A stretch of DNA of 64,000 nt, taken from positions 62,001 to 126,000 of the forward strand of contig NMRA01000308.1 in assembly GCA_002633005.1 (NCBI GenBank). Reading direction: 5' to 3'. Numbering within the stretch: the first letter of the stretch is position 1; each line of letters begins with the position of its first letter. Of the stretch, positions 42,001 to 54,000 are shown piece by piece. The position numbers and the translations under genes are program-made. This DNA is from Phoronis australis. Taxonomy: Eukaryota > Animalia > Phoronida. Under the pieces are notes generated by a model. It was not told where the DNA came from. It ran no database searches and saw only the letters and a list, made by a program, of their open reading frames with translations.

Positions 42001-45000
42001 CTAAATTTAGTAAAGATCCTGCATTGGGTTTAGGAGATACAACTATGGGCGCAAAACAAAACTACCACTAGGAGGTGCCACAGTGGTCAGTCCACCATCA
42101 TCAAAGGTCGTCTTCACACTGAGAACATGTATGCCAATTTTCAAATGATTTGGTTGATACAGGGGTGGACGCCAAAAACAAGATTTGAAAACGGCAACAA
42201 TGGCCACTAGCTGGTGCAAAATACCTCCATACAAAACAGGAAGATAGCGTCATCACACCAATAGATGCCTATATTTAAACTTTTATGAAAATCTGTTGAG
42301 GACCTTTGAAGATACAGAGTTGAACGTAAAACTCTAAAATTGCCACTAGGGGGCACAGCAGTAGTCAGATTTGTCCGAAAGCCATCGTCATCTGTAGTCA
42401 ACATCATATAAATATACTTGCTAAATTAAGTAGTAAAGAGCCTGCGAACGGTTTAGGAGATACAGCCATAGGCGCAAAAAAAACAAAACTGCCACTAGGA
42501 GGCGCCACAGTTGTTGAAATCGTCGGAAAATCATCATCAACTGTCCTCTTTATAGTAAGCACGTACACGCCAATTTTCACAATCATCCTTTGAGCGGTTT
42601 GGTTGACTCGAAAATAGTAAAAATGGCCACTAGGTGGTGCAAACTACGTCGAATCCATCCGAAAACGAGCCTTTGTTGGGATCATCCGCTGTTATGTTTT
42701 CACAGTCATTTGGCGTCATGACGATAAAGCTCTTTGAAAAGGGCTACGCGTTCCGAGTATGATTGTCGTGTCGGGATTTAGATCGTCAGGTAAGATTAAC
42801 CGCCCACGGCGGTTGTCTGTCGTAATAAGCGCCCATGCTCGGTTAACCGCCCATCCAATACTTTAGGTGGATTTTCGATTTAACCGCCCACTGCTCAGTT
42901 AACCGCCCTCCCCCGATTTTTTGGATTCGCCAATTTAACCGCCCAGGGCGTTAACCCAAACGATTACGGTATACGACAAATTTGTTAAGAATCGATGGCA
43001 CAAAACGTGTAATAAGCATTACAAAAAGAAGCAAACGCTGTGGACCATAAACAAGTAGATCTCTTAGTACGCGATTAGTAGTTAAATCGTGGTGGTGTAG
43101 TGGTAACGCACGCGCACACTACGCGCAAGGTCGTGAGTTCGAGTCTTTGGTACTTGCAGTTTTACCTGTTTGACATATTCTCCTTTTTCTTGCCTTTTTT
43201 CTTGGATAATACTTCAGGAATCAAGGAAAATGCTTGATTTTTAGAGGTAAAAACAGAAAAATTTCCTGGGCGGGAGGAGGGTTTGCCCTCCCCCCATTCG
43301 GTACTATGCGCGTCTACAATCGTGGTTCAGTTTGCGCAAATGTTTACAGCCGGACAAAATGTTGGGCCCCCCCTTGTGATATCTTAGATCCGCCACTGAA
43401 GCCAGCCACGATTGTTCAATGTAACATTACAACTGGTAAGGTTTGAATTGAACAACATTCAGGATCACTGGCTGTGTACCATGTCATAATGATGATAGTT
43501 GCTCTCATAACTCCATTGTTTCGTGAGTCTATCTTGCATTTATCTTTTGCTCACACTTCATCTAAGAAAAGAATCAACGAGTCCCGCAAAACAAAAATTT
43601 TTGTTACAAATATAAATGAAATATAACTGAAGGCTGCAAAGTAGGCATTGGCCACAAACTCTAACATCGTCAGAATACATACCTTTTCGTAAGAGAAACT
43701 GGTGGTGAAAATTCACTCTTCTGAGCAACATGCTATGTATACCCTTCTATAAAAGTGGACACACATAGACCCAGGCAATAGACCCTATTCACGCGGCGGC
43801 CATTAAGATCCAAAGCGAGGCTCAATGCGATAAAGAAAGCGAAAGTAGACATTGCGCGAGTTAAATAGCCGGTCTTTCGAGTCCAACCTGGATATTAAAT
43901 TTTAATGATGTGTCGACAATTAACCAGAGACGTAGAAAATTACATTAGAGAACAAGTTAAGGCGCCAAAGAGTTGTCTGACGAAAGGGTTTAATTTTTTT
44001 CGGAAAACTAGGCTCGAAACATGAAAAGTAAATATGACCAAATTGCGGCGATCGTAGTGTTATGGATTAGGTATTATACTGAATGCAGGGTTACGTTTTT
44101 TCTTGTAAATTGTTGATCAAAATACTTTCTACGCTGGACCAGGCCATCTGCTCGTATTGTTGACGAGTTGAAGACATATTCGACAGTGGTGTCTGTCATG
44201 TGCAATTAGTCACATCTGGTTTAATTTGTTGATCAAGAATATTAACATCAAGCATAGCCTGATTCTATGCTTTCACTGGGACTAACAGTTGATTTGTCAT
44301 TGGTCTGAAAGAATAATTGATGTTATTAAATATATTTTTATTAAAATAAAAAATCAGGCTCGTAATTGAAAATAAAAATTATTTGACCATCAATGCTTTC
44401 TTGGTTGTAATAATTCTTACGTCTATTTCATGTGTTAGATTTCAAATATCAATCTGGGCCAAGTTGAATTTTAAAACTAAAACACCTAATTCGTTCGTCC
44501 AAAACATAATATCGTTTTAGAATTCAATTTCAGTTAACTGGACAATGCAATCATAGTTATCATGTTTCTGCAGAAGCCTCTTTCATCCGAGGGGAACGTC
44601 TGGGTGCCAGTGCCTATTGAGAGGCGATTTTTTCGCCGAGTGAGGGCGGGAACAATCTACCTCCCGATCACCATCAATAGCACCCCCGCCCTGTTGCAAG
44701 CTCTCATAGGCTCTGCCTCAATTTAAAGTAGCCTTTTGTGCTCTTAAAAATTGTCACCTGTGTGGTTACAGGTGATGTGAACTCAGAGATTTTTCACTAG
44801 GGGAATTTTTGTGCCTCGTGGGGGGAATTTCGCGTGATCGATATTTCAATATGTTTGAGAGGGGAATAGGGCCGATATTGGGCCCCAAATTTGAGGGATT
44901 GAAGGCCCAGTCCTTTTTGGAAAGAAAAATTATAATGTGTCAACCCGTAGTAGGGGCGGATCCAGGTTTTCCAGTTAGGGGGGGGGGGGGGNGGCACAGG

Positions 45001-48000
45001 AATAAGCAGCATTTCGGCAGATGCGCGCGCCCAGCCTAAACTCTGGGGATGCAGGAGTCTTGAATTCTTGGGTTTGCAGACCTGTTGACTAAAAAAAAAA
45101 ACGGTAAACGGGGTACATTCAGCGCCTATGCGTTAATTGTTTATTCACCCCTAAGACCTGCCCTGTTTGCGCACGTGTGCTAGTCAGCAATTCGCACCCG
45201 AACTCAAAAATGGGATCTGATACAATTTTGGGGGGGGGGCATGCCCCCCCCCCTAGAAAAAACAGCCTGGTTGGCCCATTCTCCGGTCGTTACTATGATG
45301 CTTAACAACTGACCGACATGCAACAAAATATGATCTAACTTTTCGAAAACATTTATTAATTTTACACGGACATATTTTGCTTCGTCGCCGCAACGACCCA
45401 ACGCTTCCGAATCTCAACGTCTTTAGAGATTGTGAAGCAGACAGTTGCGTGTCCGTATTTTTTCTAGCCGTTCGCGGAACAACACGGTCTCAGAAACACA
45501 GAACTATGCCGATAAGCTAACAGAGCTATCGTAGCGAGCCTCGTTTTGGAATGCGCCTCCTGTCGGCGTGAATAGGGTCTATTAGTCTAACATTGGACAC
45601 TTGTGACAGACATGTCAAGAGGTATCGATTGACTAGGTTCCTAAATAACTTGATTACAATCCACATTTACAGAACCTGGTTTCTGTAATTGGCAAAAGTT
45701 GCATTTGAAATTGGATTATTGGCAATTCTCAAGAGTGTTCATAATACGTTATTATTCCTATCATACCCATGTATAATCTGCACCCCAGCTTGAAACTTAA
45801 AATCACTGTATTTCACTTTTAAGCACATTCCAAAATTTAACCCATTTTTCATCTAACATAGGTCAATGCCCACAATTTCTTGGTATATTCAAATACAAGA
45901 GCAGGTGAATATTCAATAAAATCTGGATGACGCAAGCAAGAAAGCTCTTAACAGTTTTTATACTAATTTCCCATTTGCTGTGGACAATAATACTGATGGT
46001 GATTATCATTCTCTGGGCCAGGGTACTGTTGAGGGCCCATGACAAATTGTACAGTTGAGTAAACAAGGGATTTTTAGCTGATTTCTCAAAACAAAATCTG
46101 AGGTGGCATTGGTGACTGTATCAAGAAAACACTTTCACGGTGGGCAAGCGTTTCGTTGTCGAATACAGCGCACAATTTGCATAATCTGCACAACATTAAC
46201 GGTATTTTCAACAAAGGATATAGACACAAAAGTTAATCAGTCGCCAGTACATTAACGTTCGTAAAGGCTTGGAGGGCCAATCTTCAATGTTCGAGTTTTC
46301 TAAAGGGAAAATAACTGAAAAGGGGGCAAAATTTTGTTAGTCGTTATGTAACAGCATTCGTAATCTGGAGAAGATACCGTATGTAATTTATTTAATATCA
46401 ATCAAAAAGTAAACTGGTTGAGCAATTCCCACTAAAGGGTCATCAACTGGTCCCCACTATTGTCCACAGGTCAAATATTGCCCAGAGAACCACCAGGTTT
46501 GCACAAAAGCAATTTCATTTAAGCCACAATGGGTCAGATTTTTTGCTCAATTTGGTTCCAACTTTCACCCTTGTTTCTCAGTTGTCATGATTCTATTTAT
46601 CAGAAGTGAATACGGCTCATTTTTGTTAATCATAGAAACATGATAACAAGGCATTCTTTTGTTTAGAATATCAATTAAATCCTCACAAACTAGTGAACAG
46701 TTCATATTGTTTCCACTTCATGAACATTATGTAGTGACGCTTAAAAACAGGTCAAAGGGTCATAGAATTGTCACACTTGTAAGCATTAGAATCAATATTC
46801 ATTTGGAAGAAAATATTGCCAGTCGCATAAAATTTGAAAAGGTGTTGTGAAACTGCTCTTTACTGCACTAGAGGTAAAACATAAATTACACAGTGGAACA
46901 TCTGAAGTATTGGCTGTGACGCTCACATTTTGCAACATGAACAATCAAATATTAATCAAAACGACGAAGGGTTTAAATGGGCTTGACATGTTTCAGCATT
47001 TATTGAAACACCATAACCAGAAGAAAAAATAATGGCCACATGTCACGTGGGTTTAGTTCCATCGTTTTTATTAACATACGCTGCAACTTGATATCATGTA
47101 GAACAATCAAATCCTGATAATTAAGGTAGATGGATATGATTAGTTCCAGTTTCAACCTCTTTCGTAATACAATACAGAAACAATATCCCAACTTCAACCA
47201 GTAAAGTGAAATGGCATTAATGTTGTGAAATCAATGTGAGTGATTTTAAAACAAATCTAATTGTGCGTTAAAATTGAGTTTGTGTCTCATGCAGGAATAT
47301 CATGTACCTGCAGAATCTGCATTGCATTCAGCTTCTGACACAATAACATATAACAGCTGACCAAAACTAGTATCTGTGACCAAAGCAACAAGCTCATTGT
47401 CAAGCAATGGTTGCCGAATAGAAAGCAGACGAAATAACTCCACAAGATGTGCCTCCCAAAAAGTAAATTGAAAAAGGACAGCTTAATTTACTTTTTTGTC
47501 AAGTTCCATCATAATAAATTGAAGTGAATGTCATAACTGAGGATTTTTCAGTTTTCATTATGGCTAGAGAAGGTAATACAAAAAAACCTTCATGACAATT
47601 TTATTTTGAAAACCAATAAACGCTTCCCCGTGTATTGAAACACTGCCATCATTCATCACAGACTACACTAGCAAGAGAAGAGAATATTTAAAAAATAATC
47701 AATAGTTTATACAATTATCAGACCTAATAACAGTTGTCATGACAGACACAGTACTTTGAAGTTGGCAAGTAGGAAAAGAGTGCAAATCCAAGATAGTAAT
47801 GTGCAAAGCCTGAGACAGCACTGGTATTCATGGGCAAAGCCTGAGACAGCACTAGTATTCATGTGCAAAGCCTGAGACAGCACTAGTATTCATGCGCAAA
47901 GTCTGAGACAGCACTGGTATTCATATAGACAACATAATCAGCCTAATAACACAGGAAAGTATGTCAGATCACTGCATCTAAACATCAGTGCTTCCAGTCT

Positions 48001-51000
48001 TTTAAAACAAAAAGCATTGCAGAACAAAACATGCCGATGGCCAAATATAACTATCCCAGCAATGAGGTCTTAATATCCTTTTTTCTGAATGCATACATGT
48101 AACAATTCTTAGCCGCCCCTCAAAGAAACACATTCAGTTAACAAAATGATTATTGAAATTTTCAATGGAATTAGTTCTGCTTTATCACTAACATACATAT
48201 CCAAGCTTATACTTTATTCTACAAGAACTATCAACACAGTAACTTTGAACAACAGAATGAGACAATCTCTGCGTTGACTATCCATTATTATATTGTCCTT
48301 CTTACCAGGTTTCTAGAATCACGATAATGTCTTACCTGAGAGAGATACCGAACGACATGGCAGCGATGACAGTCACACGTGCAATGGCCAACCCGCTGTG
48401 GCATGGCGTAAGTATGGCTAGAACTAAACCCGGCTCATAACAAGGCCATAAACCCCAATTAGGCTAGGAACTGTGACTCAATTTGATTAGAGCCTGAGAG
48501 TGATGAATCACTTCTACAGCCATACTTATTATGATCCACGACAATTAGAATTACTTCCGCCAGGCCAACAACTGAGAGATGTATAATAGAACTCGTTAAG
48601 ACAGCTAGAACCAAGTCTCGTCTGAAATCAGCTAGGCAACCAACGAGTATGGTAACTATTTTTCACGTTGCATGATGTTCATAACATGTAAGTATTGCAG
48701 ATGTTCATTTCTTCGAAAATAAGTTCCAATTATACTTTTGAGTCTACTGTCAGGTTTACACTTATAAAATAACATGATATCAGACTGAAAATGGTTGGCA
48801 GCAAAACGCTTGATCTATCCTGACAGATACTGCACAAAAAGGCCAAGTGTCTCAGTGTCAAGCCCCAGAAGCAGACACAAGAATCGCAAGTAAATTTGGT
48901 GTGACCATTTGTTTCACTAGAAAGGCATGGTAAAGTCTTGGTAACGATCTCGCGATCATGCACTTACACAAGTGTATCGCTGTAATTGAAATACTGTGAC
49001 ATCCACATGAGATGCCCGGCATACCGTAAAATATTCCCAAAACATCAGCTAGAGAAGAATGTCAAAATTGACCTTTTTGAATGTTTCTGTGAATTTCCAC
49101 AAATGCAAATTTTCAAAATTTTGTCTCATGGTAAAAGTAGTGCAAGAGTTGAAAAGGAAAAAGTGCTCAAACTTGGCATGTGACAAAATGGAATAAAAGT
49201 TGTTCAGTTGTCACACCACATTATGACCCCAGTTGAAGATTTTTATCATAAGAAAGTAGACTGTAAATGTCCTGTATATTGAACAGTAAAATCTCAATAA
49301 GTTTGCCTAAAAAAAAATTATGTTAAAACACCAGTGACAGGTTGAAGCAGAAGCGGAAGGAAGTGAAGTATTATGGGTAAATATTTGTACATAGGCAACT
49401 GCAGATGATGACCTGGATTAAATATTTTTTTCGGATAAATTATGTCAAAGGCCAACATTATCAAAAAGGTCAGTTACACGACATAAATGCCGAGAGATCG
49501 TTTGATAAAATTAAGACCTCACTAGGTCTCAAGTCTGTAGATGATTCTCACAATGATTCTCACGTGTCAACCATCTTCAAGAAATGTCAACTCGAGTTTA
49601 AACTGGGTCACAACACGTTTTTTGGAGATGAGCAGATGTTACTTGTCAGCAGGGATGGTCGACAGATGGACAAGGTGCATATGACCAACCACACATAATA
49701 AGAATAACATTCTTAAAAATGGACACTGTGAGAGAGATAGGCAATGCAAACATAGTTTGAATTTGTGGTAAAACTGCCCACCAATGACGCAACCCCCCAG
49801 GGTGTTGACTATCATTTAATAGGTGTAAGCTGTTTATGACTCTTGTGTCATATTTTATTAGTCTTCTCATGTGATACAGGTGTCATACAAATTTACTAGC
49901 TGTAGATCACCTTTGAATCACACATCAGTGCCATATTTACCATGATAGTACTACGGTATGCTCTAACAACATAAAAGTATATTTTGTAACACCAGTTTTT
50001 TATTACGAATGCTCAATTATGTTTCATGGCAAAAAAGTAGCAGCAAAATTTGAAATCCAGCAGTTATTTTGTTTTGTGATGAAATTTTTCATTTTACTCT
50101 CTGCATACAACGGGTGTGTTTTGCTTGCAACAGTTGGACTCACTCAACTTTCTGCATCTGGACTGATATAAGAAATGGTAACCAGGTATATTAAATAATA
50201 AAACATGACAAGCAACACATTTGGTTATAGTGCTGAAACAAGGGTCTTTACTTTTTACGTTCTTGGTGGTGTAAAACCTTATCAAAGAACTTTTGGAAGA
50301 TGAAGATTTTACGGCAATAATAGCTTGTAGTTGTGTTTGTAACGCCACCTGGTATGCAATATTAAAAACACAACCTAACAGAGTGTCTGCTATGGAATGG
50401 TGAATTTTGAGTGCTTTGGTCAATAATACTACTTGAATGTCTAGATATCATCTCCATTGATCCAGCTAGCTATTGTGCTTCTGGATGCCAAGAAATCAAT
50501 AGGCAAATAAAATTGAGCAGACTCTGACTTATCATCAGAGAATTGGACTCTAGTTTATTGATTAAAAAAATAATGTTTGCATATCAAGTCTCAAAGTGCT
50601 ACTGGAACTCTAACATTGATATTGAATGGCTGCCCATCAGCTAGTGAACGATAAATCCCTTTGATATCTTGAGTAAAGGTAAAGCGCAAATTGAAATTAA
50701 ACCAAGAACAAGACTATAATTATATTAAACCTCCAGATACAGAAACAGTTCTTTCACATTGTTTCGCACACAAGACCAAATCACATCAAAAGCGCGTGAG
50801 TCAACGAGAGATACCATACAAACAAAGGGCATTGGGAGAGTGGAAGATTCGTGTTGCGATAACAGCGCTCTTGTCAACGCGTGTCGAGAGCAGTGCCGAA
50901 TTAAGAGTAGGGATCTAAGCTGTAACATGTCTAAGGGATCTAAGCTGTAACATGTCTAAGGGGTCTAAGCTGTAACATGTCTAAGGGATCTAAGCTGTAA

Positions 51001-54000
51001 CATGTCTAAGGGATCTAAGCTGTAACATGTCTAAGGGATCTAAGCTGTAACATGTCTAAGGGATCTAACCTGTAACATGTCTAAGGGATCGTTCACATCT
51101 GATCAATAAAAAAAATTAGCGTAAGTTTGCGTGGCCGTTCCCCAATTCCGTACTCTATATACACGTGTCTTAAAGGATAATTTGGTGGCTGCGGGTGTTG
51201 GCTAGCAAGCAACTTTTTAGCCAATGATGTAACTTCCACCCTCTTACACCAAATTTAAACTCAGTTTAACCAATGCATAAACTTCTTAAACTGAAGCCTA
51301 TGAATTAATTTGAAACATGCTTCTAAGAATTCAAACTTACATATTTAAAAATTGTCAAAATTTTGGATCAGATCAGATTAAGTCTATGGGTAAAAAGTGC
51401 AACAAAATACGAAGTAACAAAATGTAGATATTGAGCCATCCAGAGATTTCATAATACATTGAGAATGAAACTTGTTTTATGATGCATCACGTGACAAACA
51501 ATTTCCTGTGTGACCACTAGTTTCTGCCAGCCACTGGGATTTTACATCAAACCATTGAAGGAGACAAGATATCACAAAAGTACTTGGAATATGTCAATCC
51601 AGCACACAAGTCTTATTCTCAATATCTATTATATAAAATGCATCGTTTGCAAAAACTCCGTCTCCCCCACTCCACTACAGACCTTCATTGAGCCCGTTTC
51701 AGCACTGCCTTGGTCCCATGTATTGCACCAGCCCCCCATTTGGATTCGAGTTCTATTTTTTTTTCTCGGGCTGTTTTTTCGTGGACGCGGAGGGAGGGTG
51801 GCCACTTTTGTACTGGCCTTGGTGACGTCTGTTGGTCGGCTCAATGGCCTGAGTGATATCACCCCGTCGGCTTAATTTCAGTCCCTCCGGCTTCTGTCGC
51901 TTATATAATTCATCGAGCCTGTCGCCGCCAAAATTAATGATGCCTCATTAAAATTTTTTAGTCTTCCTTGAGTAAACTAAACTATTTACCCGGGTGTTGG
52001 AAAATTGGCGTTCTTCAGTTATTCTGCTGCTAAAATTGTGATGCGCTTTTGGGCGCCATTGCGTCACCTATTGGCCAATTTCCATGATCTGCGTACATGT
52101 CGTAAAAATCGGAAGTGGTTTCATTTCGTTGCAAGTTTTTCCTATTTTAATACCAGAGTCTTCATACAGCTAGCTGGCTTTCTACCTCAGTATGTACATT
52201 TATGATGCAACTTTTGTAAATACATCTATATATTTCGTGTGCTATACGATATTTTAAATGCATTCTTAGTTTTCACTTTAAAAGAGTAATATCTGATAAG
52301 CGTACTTTGTGTTACGGCAGGGTCAAATGTTCTCAGTGGAAAGAAATTTGTACTGCCTCGGTAAAGAATACCACAGCTACACAACTTGCCCACTAAAATC
52401 TGACAGTGAAAGAAATTCTGCTTGAAGCTTTGAACAGTCTCTTCAGGAAGTATTCCTGTCTCTTGCGATGAACACTCGGTTCACTCTTATAGGTGAGCTA
52501 TTTCCCTCCCTTGGCATCTCCCACTAGATGCTAGTATACAGGTTATACAACGTACGTGTTTGTACCAGTGGTTATTATATGATTTGCAAAAGTATTTGAA
52601 CTCGGGCCTCGCCCTCGTTTAAATAGTTTTGCATATCACGAATCGAGATATAATAACACACTGGTAGAAACACGTACGTTGTATAACCTATTTATCCTAT
52701 GCACCCCGCTGAGGATTATTTAAAGAAGCGGGTTTGCACAGATTGCTACGCTTGTTTTGGTGTCATTTGTCATCTATTTCAATGATGATAGCAGATCGCG
52801 TGACATGTATATGTGCATGAATGAAGTTTTTTTGCTGCGTGCATGAGATGGCAGTTCAAGTTTTAGAGCAGCTACAGGCTTGGGGTGCATACCTGCTATT
52901 TTCAGTATTTTTGCTAGTGTTTGAGCTGAAATCTGTTTCTAAGTTAAAGTTTTCATACATTTCCGACGTTTTTCTTGACTTTGTTGAGTAATATCTGTGC
53001 AGGAAACCCAGATTTTATGGCTGATGCATGTTCGGGTGCAGTTCTTATCATTTTTAGGTACAAATTATTCAGAAATTTATCATAAAATTGACAAAACTAC
53101 TGTGTTTACAGTAGTTGCAGTTTTGCTTTTGGGCTTGACGTATTTCGATTGTTTTGAGAACCGTTCAGAAATTGAAGACGAAATACACTTATTACTTACC
53201 TGCCCCATACTTAACGACATTAGAAAGAATTTTTTACCAGAAATATCCAGACAGCATACTGACATCGAAAACGTCAAATACTTATTCAAAACAAACTCTG
53301 GAAATCTTTTGAAAAGACTATCCTTATTTATATTAAAGGCTTATGGTATTAGACAGGAAACTCTAACATTGTAACGTGTAAATATGTATACCGTATTCGC
53401 CGTAATAACCGCTCATGCCCCTATAAGCGCCCCCCACGCGTTTTCAGACTTTGCTGAAATAAGCGCCCAGTCCATGAATGCGTACATGCGAACAATGACG
53501 TACCTACAGTCCTAAAACTCGGCTACAGTAACGTCTTCAATTTATCAAAAAAATTTTTGCACGGGTCTTCTAGACCACCAGCGGCACTGCTATGTTTGTA
53601 TTTAGCCGTGACTTTACACTTCAAAGTAACGCAGCGCTTCAAAAAGAACACAACAGCGTTGCTACCCTCTCGCGATGACCGTGTCCCACTGTGGTCTGAC
53701 CTTTCAGTAGAAACATCGACTGTCTCATGAATAAAAATAATTCGGTGTTGAACACACGTGGCCAGGAAGCTCGCGCTACATACATTAACCTGTCATCAAA
53801 GACATTAGTCGGGAACTATCCATTCATGAAATGGGTAGCATAGCATCGATAAGAAATGAATATTGGCACTAATTTCCGACAATTTCTAATACTATAAAAC
53901 ACGTTTGCGTTATTTTTGAGATGGACTGTTTGATTAACCATAATTGGTGTTTTTAAGCCGAACATCCCATAAAATGACAACTGACAGTGAATGTTTGCAC

